Assembly: GCF_006345805.1 (NCBI RefSeq)
Contig: NC_043007.1
Coordinates: 24,552,001-24,616,000 of the forward strand
Length of the DNA: 64,000 nucleotides
Direction of reading: 5' to 3'
Source: Octopus sinensis
Taxonomy: Eukaryota
Shown: in pieces, positions 39,279 through 51,351 of the stretch
Position numbering within the stretch: the first letter of the stretch is position 1
Layout of the letters: every line of letters starts with the position of its first letter
The notes under the pieces: model-generated
What the model was told of the DNA's origin: nothing
The model's database searches: none
Seen by the model: the letters and a program-made list of their open reading frames with translations, nothing else
Program-made: the position numbers and the translations under genes

Positions 39279-40495
39279 GGGACGTAGTCAGTCCACCTGT
39301 GCATACCTTCCTTCTTGTGACACTTGTGAAGACCTGTTGAGGCAAGTGAAAATCAAAATCAAAACAAATCAAAATAGATGAACATCAATGGAATCTGTAT
39401 CTTTGTGGTACCAGTGCCGGTGGCACACACTTTGTGGTACCAGTGCCGGTGGCACACAAGAGAACCATCCGAACGTGGCCGTAGCCAGTTCCGCATCGAC
39501 CGGCCTCCGTGCTGTGGGCACGTAACAAACCCATCCGATCATGGCCGTTCGCCAGCCTCATCTGGCACCTGTGTCGGTGGCACATAAAAACACCTTCCGA
39601 AGACCCGGCAAGACTAGTCAGTCCACCTGTGCATACCTTCCTTCTTGTGACACTTGTGAAGACCGGTTGAGGCAAGTGAAAATCAAATCAAAATCAAAAT
39701 AGACAAAATAGATGAACATCAATGGAATTTGTATCTTGTGGTACCAGTGCCTGTGGCACACAAGAAATCCATCAGTGCTGTAGTCAGTGCGGTGGGCACA
39801 TGACAAACACCATCCGATCGTGGCCGTTCGCCAGCCTCATCTAGCCCGTGTCGGTGGCACATAAAAACACCATCCGAAGACCCGAAGACGACTAGTCAGG
39901 CCATAACCCATGGCCCCTACCTGGGACGTAGTCAGTCCACCTGTGCATACCTTCCTTCTTGTGACACTTGTGAAGACCTGTTGAGGCAAGTGAAAATCAA
40001 AACAAATCAAAATAGATGAACATCAATGGAATTTGTATCTTTGTGGTACCAGTGCCGGTGGCACGTGGCACACAAGAAAACCATCCGAACGTGGCTGTAG
40101 CCAGTACTGCATTGACTGGCCTCCGTGCTGTGGGCATGTAACAAGCACCATCCGATCGTGGCCGTTTGCCAGCCTCATCTGGCACCTGTGTCAGTGGCAC
40201 ATAAAAACACCATCCGAGCGTGGCCGTCTGCCAGCCTCGTCTGGCACCTGTGTCGGTGGCACATAAAAACACCATCCGAGCGTGGCCGTTTGCCGCCTCG
40301 TCTGGCACCTGTGTCGGTGGCACATAAATCACCCACTACACTCTCGGAGTGGTTGGCGTTAGGAAGGGCATCCAGCTGTAGAAACACTGCCAGATCTGAC
40401 TGGACTGGTGCAGCTTTTGGGCTCCCCAGACCCCAGTTGAACCGTCCAACCCATGCTAGCATGGAAAGCGGACGTTAAATGATGATGATGATGAT
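39279..40495 (+). mobile_element. Family D element with expanded 5' region (three ~314-330-bp units, then ~61-bp units)
   Basis: 'agtcagtccacctgtgcatacc' starts at 39286, 39616 and 39930; ~61-bp units at 40140-40325; (GAT)n tail. Confidence 0.85.
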
Positions 40496-40500
40496 ATATA

Positions 40501-40995
40501 TCATCATCATCATCATTTAACGTCCACTTTCCATGCTAGCATGGGTTGGACAATTTCACTGAGGTCTGGTGAACCAGATGGCTGCACCAGGCTCCAATTT
40601 GATCTGGCAGAGTTTCTACAGCTGGATGCCCTTCCTAATGCCAACCACCCTGAGAGTGTAGTGGGTGATTTTACATGTCACTGGCACGAGGGCCAGTTAG
40701 GCAGCACTGGCAACGGCCACGCTCAAATGGAGTCTTTTATGTGTCACCTGCACAGGAGCCAGTCCAGCGGAACTGGCAACGACCTCACTCAAATGTCTTT
40801 TCACGTTCCCCCAGCACAAGTGCCAGTAAGGCGACACAGGTAACAATCATGCTTGAATGGTGCTTTTTACGTGCCACTGGCACAGAAGCCAGTTTGTTGC
40901 TCTGGCAACGATCACACTTGGATGGTGCTCTTAGCGCTCCACTAGCACAGATACCAGTCATCGAATTTGATTTCGATTTCACTTGCCTCAACAGA
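40501..40995 (-). mobile_element. Family D element, tail-to-tail with 39279-40495
   Basis: (CAT)n at 40501 followed by the reverse complement of the family D body. Confidence 0.85.
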
Positions 40996-41012
40996 TATAT
41001 ATATATATATAT

Positions 41013-41293
41013 ATCACAATCAAGGAACGGCCATAATAGGCCATTCACCACTAGAAATAACAGCCAAAAGCTTCAACCGCAAATAACATCATTCCGTAAA
41101 CCAGGAGAAAATTAAAAAACATTACCTGTAATTTCTTATACGTGCACACCGTTTCATCTACTGTTAATGGTAAACCATTAAATGTTTTTTAATTTTCTCC
41201 TGGTTTACGGAATGATGTTATTTTGCGGTTGAAGCTTTTGGCTGTTATTTCTAGTGGGTGAATGGCCTATTATGGCCGTTCCTTGATTGTGAT
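41013..41293. repeat. Inverted repeat (~110-bp arms) whose spacer holds a hammerhead 3' half
   Basis: 41013-41123 is the reverse complement of 41181-41293; spacer minus strand GAAACG-gugugca-CGUA at 41139-41155. Confidence 0.8.
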
Positions 41294-41389
41294 GTTGAAC
41301 TTAATAATGGTCTATGACTATTAAATTTTTTCCCACTAGGCCGCTGGTGGCAAAAAAATCTACAAAATGTTTTGGCCACCCTATATTGA

Positions 41390-41429
<40 letters not shown>

Positions 41430-41445
41430 ATATATATTATATATG

Positions 41446-41495
<50 letters not shown>

Positions 41496-41508
41496 GTTGA
41501 GGCAAGAG

Positions 41509-41552
<44 letters not shown>

Positions 41553-41592
41553 AATATATATATACATACATATACACACATACATAAGCATT

Positions 41593-41973
41593 GGAGGCGC
41601 AATGGCCCAGTGGTTAGGGCAGCGGACTCGCGGTCATAGGATCGAGGTTTCGATTCCCAGACCAAGCGTTGTGAGTGTTTATTGAGCGAAAACACCTAAA
41701 GCTCCACGAGGCTCCGGCAGGGGATGGTGGTGATCCCTGCTGTACTCTTTCACCACAACTTTCTCTCACTCTTTCTTCCTGTTTCTGTTGTACCTGTATT
41801 TCAAAGGGCCGGCCTTGTCACTCTCTGTGTCATGCTGAATATCCCCGAGAACTACGTTAAGGGTACACGTGTCTGTGGAGTGCTCAGCCACTTACACATT
41901 AATTTCACGAGCAGGCTGTTCCGTTGAATCGGATCAACCGGAACCCTCATCGTCGTAACCGACGGAGTGCTTC

Positions 41974-41975
<2 letters not shown>
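41593..41975 (+). mobile_element. Family A SINE, full length
   Basis: Near-identical to 9298-9680. Confidence 0.9.
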
Positions 41976-42019
<44 letters not shown>

Positions 42020-42149
42020 TATATATAATATTATATATATATATATGTGCATAGTCTTGTTAGATCTAGATTAGGGAAAGGATACTCACATCCATAGAGA
42101 GATCAGTTACTCAGAATCATTTATAAAATATGCAAATTCTGACATAAAA

Positions 42150-42760
42150 TAATAATAATAATAATAATTGTGTACAGTGCTCAGGTGCACTACAACTCAT
42201 CTAAAGTGTATATAATCAGGTGAAGTTTCGGCGGATTTCGGAAAGCATGAGGGCCTTAAAAGATGCAGTGTCATGGCAGTCCACAACTGACGCAGGCAGT
42301 TTATTCCATGCTTCAGCAACTCTGAGCGTGAAAAAATGTTTCCGAAAGTCATGGGAGCTGTATTGTTTTTCTGACTTTGTAGGCATGTCCACGTGTGTTA
42401 CACATGGAGATCAAAAAGGTGTTCAGTGTTGTTGTTGGTGAGGTTGGTGATAACTTTGTGGGTGTTTACCAAGTCCGTCGCCAAACGCCGGAGCTTCAGT
42501 GAATCCATGCCCAGGAAACAAGGCGCTCAGAATATGGTAGGTGTCTGATGGAGGGTATGCGTTTGGTTGCACGTCTCTGGACAGATTCCAGGAGGTCAAT
42601 GTTCTGTGCAAGATAGGGGTTCCAAACTGATGATGCGAATTCCAAGTGTGGTCGTACCATAGCTGTATACAGTTTTAAATAGATGGCTGGAGAGCGGCTA
42701 ACAAAGACCTGCTGAGTGATGCCAAGACACCCTCGGCCTTCCTGACAATCTTAGAGATAT
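42150..42760 (-). pseudogene. CR1-clade LINE 3' end with (ATT)n tail
   Basis: Minus strand LKLYTAMVRPHLEFASSVWNPYLAQNIDLLESVQRRATKRIP; tail 'gtacacaattattattatt'. Confidence 0.9.
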
Positions 42761-43171
42761 AAAACTGGTTTGTGTAATTTGCATAACATCATTTGCACGG
42801 AAAATATGGATAATTAATTATTTAATAACAACATTTTCTTGCTTGAGAAGAGATAAAAATCTGTGGTATAAACATTTCGCTTACTTTTTAATTGCGAGAT
42901 TAAAATTGCTTGATTATTAGAAAAGATAAAACCTTACATTACAAATTGTTCTTCCTCACCAGAAACAAAAAAAATAAGATGGAGTAAAATATTCCGTGAG
43001 AAGCCAGATAAATTTAACATTCTTCTTCACCACATACATCCGGACAAGATAGCTTCTATATGGTCATTTCATTTGCTAGAAATAGCAACCAAATCTCTCT
43101 TTGTGGTTTGCTGGAGATTTGGCTGCTATTTCAGTCAAAGGTCACACATTCCCCATGATAAGTCAATCAAG

Positions 43172-43233
43172 TCACATATCACCGAATAAGAACCTTAAAA
43201 AGGTTCTCATTCGGTAATATGCTCTGGGGCTCC
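43172..43233 (-). CDS. Candidate terminal coding exon of an unidentified host gene
   Basis: Strong acceptor 'ttttttcctctttttgttttgtttcttatacgcag|'; reads (G)SPRAYYRMRTFLRFLFGDM*; phase-compatible with 43541-43659. Confidence 0.4.
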
Positions 43234-43540
43234 CTGCGTATAAGAAACAAAACAAAAAGAGGAAAAAACAATTAAAGAGGATAGTTATAACTGAAATGTC
43301 TTTGATCAAAAAATGTCTGCTTGATGATGTCTAACCAGGGGCTAAACATCACCAAAAACAACAACAACGGCCTTATACACATACAGATACAATCACATAT
43401 AACTATATACACATATATCCCTTCCCAAACACACATATAACTATATACACTTATATCCTCATATACACACACACACATATTCCTCGCCCCACATACACAC
43501 GCGCACGTGCACACATATGCATGCACATATGGGAACACAC

Positions 43541-43659
43541 CAAAGCCACACTCCGATGTGAACTTTTGCAATTGTTTTGGAAGTGTTTCAGGCCGTGACA
43601 TTTCCCTATCTACTCGGTGGTTAACATGTTTACCTTTTCTTTGACTTTTAAAATAGAAT
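43541..43659 (-). CDS. Candidate internal coding exon (119 nt)
   Basis: Acceptor 'tctaactgatattttag|', donor 'tg|gtgtgt'; open frame FYFKSQRKGKHVNHRVDREMSRPETLPKQLQKFTSECGF. Confidence 0.35.
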
Positions 43660-43925
43660 CTAAAATATCAGTTAGACATTTCTAACTGTTTAGTCAAGTG
43701 GAAACACAAGAATATTGTTTACACATTACAGCAAAATAAAATATCTCATTTTCAACATACGTACATACATACATACATACGTGCATGCATACATACATGT
43801 ATACATCATACATACATATATACACACACATATATACATATACATACATATATATGTATATATATATATATGTATGTATATAGATATGTGTATATATATG
43901 TGTATGTATGTATGTATATATAACT

Positions 43926-44301
43926 GTAGGAGTGGCTGTGTGGTAAGTAGCTTGCTTACCAACCACATGGTTCCGGGTTCTGTCCCACTGTGTGACACCT
44001 TGGGCAAGTGTCAACTACTATAGCCTCGGGCCGACCAAAGCCTTGTGAGTGGATTTAGTAGATGGAAACTGAAAGAAGCCCGTAGTGTATATGTATATAT
44101 ATGTATATGTTTGTGTGTCTGTGTTTGTCACCCCAACATCGCTTGACAACCAATGCTGGTGTGTTTACATCCCTGTGACTTAGCAGTTTGGCAAAAGAGA
44201 CCGATAGAATAAGTACTAGGCTTACAAAGACTAAAGGTGGTGCTTGACTAAAGGTGGTGTTCCAGCATGGCCACAGTCACATAGCTGAAACAAGTAAAAG
44301 A

Positions 44302-44302
<1 letters not shown>
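43926..44302 (+). mobile_element. Family B SINE
   Basis: Complete; short internal duplication of 'gactaaaggtggtg'. Confidence 0.9.
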
Positions 44303-44339
<37 letters not shown>

Positions 44340-45176
44340 GCACCCAGATCTTTTAAATGCATAGAACCTCTATGGGTCTTAATCCAGCCCTGCTGATGCT
44401 GGTGTTTCTCAGAATTCTTAAGAGATTATGACCGATGATCCTTGAATGGATCTTTTTGGTTCTGCTTACATTTTAAAGGTGGATAGGAAGGCCTATAATC
44501 TTTAACCACTTATAGTATTTGTGTGCAAAGCCCCAGCCCTCGTGTTTTATTAACTTTAAAACCATGACACAGCAGTGATGTACAAATCCTAAAATAATTG
44601 ATGTATGTGGTGCATCTGCCATCATGGCCGATGTAATGAGTGAACAGAAGAAAATGTGTGTGTTTGTGTGTGTGTGTGTGAGAAAGAGAGAAAGTGTATA
44701 TGTGTGTATGGTGTGTGTGTTCATGCATGCGTGTGTATGTGCCTGTGTGTGTGCGCGTTCATGCATGCATATGTGTATATGCCTCTGTGTGTGTAGTAGT
44801 AGTAGTAGTAGTAGAAGTAGTAGTAGCAGCAGCAGTAGTAGTAGTAGTAGTACTAGTAATAGTAGTAGTAGAGTTCCTTCAGGAATTATAACTATATATT
44901 TCACGCTACAAGAAAAGTCATATATTTTGATCCTCCACTATTCAGTGACCCTGTCTCTATTTCTCAATCTTTCTTCTTAATCTCTGCCTGCTTGCCTATC
45001 TATCATTTTCTTTCCTTCTCTCTCTCTCTCCTATCTATCTATCCATCCATCTACTTATTTATCTATCTATCTATCTATTCATCCATCCATCTATCTATCT
45101 ATCTATCCATCCATCTATTTATCTATCTATCTATCTCTCTCTATCTATCTATCCATCCATCTATCTATTTATCCAC

Positions 45177-45212
<36 letters not shown>

Positions 45213-45647
45213 TTCCCTCTCTTTTTCACAAATATTAAACTGAAGTATTGGAGCTGCGAGTTGAATTGAGATCTTCAATCTATATTTCAACAAGTTTGTC
45301 TTTGCATATACTTAGAATCCACCCTACCATTTACTTCTCTCAACCGGATATCATCAATAAAAATTTCTAATCCCTCAAATACAAAGTCAGCTTTCTTCAT
45401 TTCTCTAAAACAATCTGCCATCTTTACTGTGCCCCAAATTTTCCCAAACCCCAAGAAATGTTCTTTCAATCCTATTCCTCTAAAACCAACCAACTCTCCA
45501 AATTATTCCAACCTCCAAGAAATGTTCATCAAACTCCATTCCTCTAAAACAGGAAGGGACATATATATATATATATATATATATATTATTCTTAATCAAA
45601 AGTATTACTGATTGTGACTCTGAAGTCATTGTCAATAATATTCTTAC

Positions 45648-46217
45648 TCTTTTACTTGTTTCAGTTATTTGACTGTGGCCATGCTGGAGCACTGTCTTTA
45701 GTTGAGCAAATCGACCACAGCACTTATTTTTTGTAAGCCTAGTACTTATTCTATTGGTCTCTTTTGCCGAACCACTAAGTTACGGAGATGTAAACACATC
45801 ACCATCAGTTGTCAAGTGATGTTGGGGGGACAACACAAACACATAAGCACACACACATACATATAGATATATATAAACATGACTGCGTGTGTATCGGCTA
45901 TTTTTTTCCCTCCGTCTTCCCTTCCTTGGATCTTTCCTTTTTCTATGTTTCTGACAAAGAGCTCCGCTCGAAACGTTAAATCCTCCTCCTTTCTTTCCTT
46001 TCCTGAGCATCCAATAACACTATACTTGTTCCACGTCCTCACGTTGTGTTTTCTCTTTGTGTTTTCCTGTTTGGATTAACTCCATATATACGATGGGCTT
46101 CTTTCAGTTTCAATCTACCAAATCCACTCACAAGGCTTTGGTCAGCCCGAGGCTATAGTAGAAGACACTTGCCCAAGGTGTCACGCAGTGGGAATGGACC
46201 ACACAGCCACTCCTATG
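45648..46217 (-). mobile_element. Family B SINE with a PLE pLTR-like fragment (45870-46085) in its central microsatellite
   Basis: B tail 45648-45850 and B head 46090-46217; the insert carries a hammerhead motif. Confidence 0.8.
45948..45980 (+). ncRNA. Decayed minimal PLE-type hammerhead
   Basis: uuu-CUGACAA-a-gagc-ucc-gcuc-GAAAC-GUU-aaa; G8->A is consistent with CpG decay of CUGACGA; same architecture as 16229-16266. Confidence 0.55.
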
Positions 46218-46961
46218 CCTTGTTTAGGAATAAATTTGTACTCTACAAAAGTATAGAATAACTCACCAGGTTAATATAAAATTGTTTATTTTATAACTAA
46301 ACAACACACACACACACTGATATATGCACTTACATAATTATGGTATGAGCTGAAACCTGAAATTTGTTTGCGAATAAACAACATTTCTTTGATACTGACG
46401 GACGCGGTGTCAGCAGTGGTGGTGGAGTCTGATAGAGGTGATGCTATTGCTAATAATTATGTTGGCAGCACTGATTATGGTGTTATTGATGACAGTGGCG
46501 ATGACGCTGACGACAGCGTTGATCATCAAAGTGGTCGTCAGGACCACTAATTTGTTCTTTTCCAAATCTTTCGGAACACTTTTCTATGACCAATCAGCAA
46601 ACGATTCCTCACCTCGGCTTTTGACAATGAATGACTGAAAGAACTTGTTAAGACGTTTACCATTTAATTATGGAGTGTAGTGTAGAGAATTTTATAGATT
46701 GAACTAAAGTACAGATGACTTGCTGTGTGTGTAATGTGACAGGCATGCCTAGTGGGTAAACGCTAGTGCATGCTTAACCAATGATTGCTGGTTACTGGCA
46801 AGTCATGGGACTGATTTCAATGTATTGTTTTTTCTCTTGTTTATTCTTTTTTTTTGTTTCTTCTGAATAGAGTTCAAGACAATTGTTCATTATAGCTAAT
46901 TCAATTCTTTATGTGTATGTGTATGTGTGTATGTTTATAGGTATTTCTTTCTCTCCCTCTG

Positions 46962-47048
<87 letters not shown>

Positions 47049-47067
47049 ATCTATCTATTTATCTAAA

Positions 47068-47297
47068 GGTTGTGAGCTGGCAGAAACATTAGTGCGCTGG
47101 GCGAAATGCTTAGCAGTATTTTGTCTGCCGTTACGTTCTGAGTTCAAATTCCGCTGAGGTCGACTTTGCCTTTCATCCTTTTGGGGTCAATAAATAATGT
47201 ACCAGTTATGCACTGCGGTCGATGTAATCGACTTAATCCCTTTGTCTGTCTTTGTTTGTCCCTTCTATGTTTAGCCCTTTGAGGGCAATAAAGAAAT
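47068..47297 (+). mobile_element. Family C SINE (long-tail form)
   Basis: Full homology to 51771-52000. Confidence 0.9.
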
Positions 47298-47419
47298 TTA
47301 TCTATCTATCTATCTATAATATAATAATAACATGAGGGAATATTATTCCAAACTTACAGGGAAAATTTCAATTTAGAAATACTAATTCAAATTTCACAAA
47401 ATATAATATATATATATAT

Positions 47420-47714
47420 AAATTAGAAAAAACCGCACCTTTTATCAATTCAACAATGAAAAAATTAAATTATACCATTTAGAAAAAAATTACATCTTAT
47501 AGAAAAAATAAATATAAGATAAAACATATATCAATGATTAAGTAATGTGCAAAATAATAAATAAAACGTATATAGTTGGTAGAATAACAACTTAATCATT
47601 GATATATGTTTTTATCTTATATTTAATTTTTCTATAAGATGTAATTTTTTCTAAATGGTATAATTTAATTTTTTCGTTCTTGAATTGATAAAAGGTGGGT
47701 TTTTAAAAAAATTT
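47420..47714. repeat. AT-rich inverted repeat (~125-bp arms, 46-bp spacer) between (TA)n tracts
   Basis: 47420-47543 is the reverse complement of 47590-47714. Confidence 0.85.
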
Positions 47715-47732
47715 ATATATATATATTGTCGT

Positions 47733-48094
47733 GGAACTCCATCGGTTACAATGATGAGGGTTCCAGTTGATCCAATCCACGGAACAGCCTGCTCATGTAA
47801 TTAACATGCTAGAGGCTGAGCACTCCACAGAAACGTGTACCCTTAACATAGTTCTCGGGGAGATTTAACATAACACAGAGTGTAACAAGGATGGCCCTTT
47901 GAAAAACAGGTGCAACAAAAACAGGAAGAAAGAGAGAAAGTTATGGTGAAAGAGTACGGAAGGGCTTGCCACCACCCTCTGCCAGATCCTCATGGAGCTT
48001 TTGCTCAATAAACACTAACACCCGGTCTAGGAATTGAAACCACGATCCTATGACCACAAGTCTGCTGCCCTAACTACTGGGCCATTGCACCTCC
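47733..48094 (-). mobile_element. Family A SINE, diverged
   Basis: Reverse complement of the family A head and tail. Confidence 0.85.
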
Positions 48095-48403
48095 ACACAC
48101 ACATATATATGTATATATAAATTTAAATAACGAGGGTGATAAATTTAATATTAATTTAATATCAATTTAAAACCAGTAGCCTAGCATATAGAAAAATCTG
48201 AAAATTCTATTTTTACATATATATATATACATATCCCTCTCTCTTTTTCGGAGAGGCACTGAGCAGCTATACGCACACATACACACACGGCAGTAACTTC
48301 CACCTACCGAATTCAATCACAAAGCTCCGGTCGGCTCGGGGCTATAGTGGAAGACACCTACCCAAAGTGCCACGCAGTGGGACTGAACCCGAAACCATGT
48401 AGC

Positions 48404-48474
<71 letters not shown>

Positions 48475-48592
48475 ATTATATATATATATAATTATGTATA
48501 ATAAGTAAATATAAATAATATATAAATATATGCATATATTAATACATATATTTACATACCTACATATATATGTATATGTACATGCATATATA

Positions 48593-48990
48593 GGTACAGG
48601 ACATTAAAAAAACGTTGAACACAATGAGAAATGAAAACATAAAAGCAAAAACATAAAAAACGAACATTTTTTCGAACAACGAATAAAACAAACATAGAAA
48701 CGAGACATGCAACATAAAGAATATTTACCTTCATCAGTTGTCCCTGTTTCATTTACTCCGGGTTTTGAGGGTAAGGACAATACACAACTTCGTTGAAACA
48801 GTCCTTCCCGCAAAGCAAATTAAATAAAATTTTGGATTTTTTGCGGAGGGTGAAAGTGATAACAAGAACAGAACAGTTAAGAACAAGACAGTAAAAACAA
48901 ACGGTGAGGGTTGTTAAACCAAGATGATAGAAAAATTATTACGAATGCTAGGAGGATGAGCTATGAGAGGAGACAGGTATAAGCATGTCT
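48593..48990. repeat. ~400-bp dispersed repeat, second copy at 56391-56830
   Basis: Shared 'cagttgtccctgtttcat.tactccgggttt.ga.ggtaaggacaa...ttgaaacagtccttcc.gcaaagcaaattaa'. Confidence 0.8.
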
Positions 48991-49488
48991 TGTCTTTGTT
49001 GTTTTTCTTTTACTTGTTTTAGTCATTTGACTGCGGCTATGCTGGAGCAACGCTGCGAAGGGAGTTTTGGTTAGACATATCAATTCCAGGACTTATTTTT
49101 TAAGCCTAGTACTTATTCTACCAGTCTCACTAAGTTATGGGGACATAAACACACCAACACTGGTTGTCATGAGGCGATGAGGTGGGGAGGACAAACACAG
49201 ACACAAAGGCACATGCACATACACATATCTATACACATACATACACACACACACATATATATACATACATATATATATATCCCTCTCTCTCTCTTTCGGA
49301 GAGGCACTGAGCAGCTATAAGCACACATACAAACACGGCAGGAACTTCCACCTACTGAATTCAATCACAAAGCTTCGGTCAACTCGGGGCTATAGTGGAA
49401 GACACCTGGCCAAAATTGCCACGCAGTGGGACTGAACCCGAAACCATATAGCTAGGAAGCAAGCTCCCTAACCACACAGCCATGCCCG

Positions 49489-49522
<34 letters not shown>

Positions 49523-49594
49523 GTAGGTCCCGGGTTGAGTCGGTGTTAACCACAGTAAATAAGGTACTCAATACATAGCAGAGTAAATTAATTT

Positions 49595-49716
49595 ATTTTA
49601 TAGAAGGAGCTTCTACAGGACTAGAACTGTTTCATTCAAAAGAAATCATCAGGAGCTTCCTGATGATTTCTTTTGAATGAAACAGTTCTAGTCCTGTAGA
49701 AGCTCCTTCTATAAAA
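49595..49716. repeat. Near-perfect 122-bp palindrome built from a hammerhead-containing unit
   Basis: Arms are exact reverse complements except at the central junction 'ggagcttcc'. Confidence 0.9.
49652..49706 (+). ncRNA. Type I hammerhead ribozyme, canonical core
   Basis: ggagcuuc-CUGAUGA-u-uuc-uuuu-gaa-u-GAAACAG-uucuaguc-CUGUA-gaagcucc; 8-bp stem I, 4-bp stem III, U.U at the base of stem II; predicted cut after 49698. Confidence 0.75.
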
Positions 49717-49797
49717 TATATATATATATAGATAGATTATTTTATTTATTAGGGAATAAAAATTCCGGCGTCACAGGGATTCAAATAAAATGAATTC

Positions 49798-49995
49798 GTT
49801 ATTTAGAGATAGAAGTCCCCATGCAAAACATCAAATCCTGATATACATCACACCGTATCATAGAATTTTATTTTAATACTTACTAATCATTTCTAAATTT
49901 AGAAATGATTAGTAAGTATTAAAATAAAATTCTATGATATGGTGTGATGTATATTAGGATTTCATGAATTGCATGGGGACTTCTATCTCTAAATA

Positions 49996-49997
<2 letters not shown>
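49798..49997. repeat. 200-bp spacerless palindrome homologous to the 3' tail of element 10953-11290
   Basis: Centre AAATTT at 49895-49900; arms match 10953-11055. Confidence 0.9.
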
Positions 49998-50044
<47 letters not shown>

Positions 50045-50050
50045 TACATA

Positions 50051-50330
50051 GTGCCAAGGACTCCAAATTTGCCATCAAGATGTAGGACAAGATACTGTGA
50101 TAGCCTGGGTTTCAGAGGTCCACAGCTCTTCAATATCCTCCCGAAGGACCTGAGAGACCTGCATGGGGTGGATGCAGATGTCTTTAAAATAAAACTAGAT
50201 CTCTCCCTGTCAGGTGTCCCAGATGAACCAACTTCACGGCAGGAGGAGCAGATGAGGGCAGCTGCATTGAACTCTCTCATGCACCAAATGGCAATTGCTA
50301 AAAAGCATTTGTGATGTAAAATCATGTAGC
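50051..50330 (+). pseudogene. CR1-group LINE extreme 3' coding remnant
   Basis: SLGFRGPQLFNILPKDLRDL...FKIKLDLSLSGVPDEP...RAAALNSLMHQ. Confidence 0.75.
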
Positions 50331-50691
50331 AACACCAAATGGCGGTGCCCCAGCATGGCCACAGCTTGTGAGCTGAAAGATAGATAAAATATTAAAAAAA
50401 TATAAATATATACACACACACACACAATGGGCTTCTTTCAGTTTCTGTCTACTAAATCCACTTTGGTTGGTCCAGGGCTATAGTAGAAGACACTTACACA
50501 AGTTGCCATGCAACTATTAGTGCATTGCTTTTCATAGCAGAAACAACTGTAACCTAATGAAGTGCATAAGACAATCATTTGTTCCTTTCTCATCTTTCTT
50601 CCTTATTACTATACTCAGCCAACACTTCACTCTGAAACATACACATATTGAGTTCTACACTGGGTTATTGGTTTCACAATACCTAAGTTAA

Positions 50692-50724
<33 letters not shown>

Positions 50725-50734
50725 TACATATATA

Positions 50735-51153
50735 CGACAGGCTTCTTTCAGTTTCCGTCTACCAAATCCACTCACAAGGCATTGGTCGGCCCGGGGCTAT
50801 AGCAGAAGACACTTGCCCAAGATGCCATGCAGTGGGACTGAATCCGGAACCATGTGGTTGGTTAGCAAGCTACTTACCACACAGCCACTCCTTTATATAT
50901 ATATAAAATGCACCCTTTTAAAACCTAGCCAGGCTCATGGGCCCGGTTTCCTGGTTTCAATGGTGTATGTGTTCCCCAGCTGGACGGACGCCAGTCCATC
51001 GCAGCACTACTCTTTTTTGCCAGCTGAGTGGACTGGAGCAATGTGAAATGAAGTGTTTTGCTCAAGAACACAATGCATTGCCTGGTCCAGGAATTGAAAC
51101 CACAATCTTACGATCATGATGCTGACACCCTAACCACTAAGCCACGCACCTCC
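50735..51153 (-). mobile_element. Family B head (50735-50892) next to a family E SINE (50895-51153)
   Basis: Reverse complements of both heads. Confidence 0.8.
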
Positions 51154-51171
51154 ACACACACACACACATAT

Positions 51172-51218
<47 letters not shown>

Positions 51219-51264
51219 ATATATATATATATGTATATATATATATGTATATGTATATATATAT

Positions 51265-51351
<87 letters not shown>

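Noticed and set aside
39890-39990. HDV-like ribozyme (gacta.gtc / ccc-ctacct-ggg / acgtagtc)
   Set aside because: P1- and P3-like pairings are possible, but I found no P2 partner or P1.1/J4-2 motif
41593-41670. tRNA genes at SINE heads (also 9298, 10661, 282, 4430)
   Set aside because: Acceptor stems do not pair and all continue into shared SINE bodies
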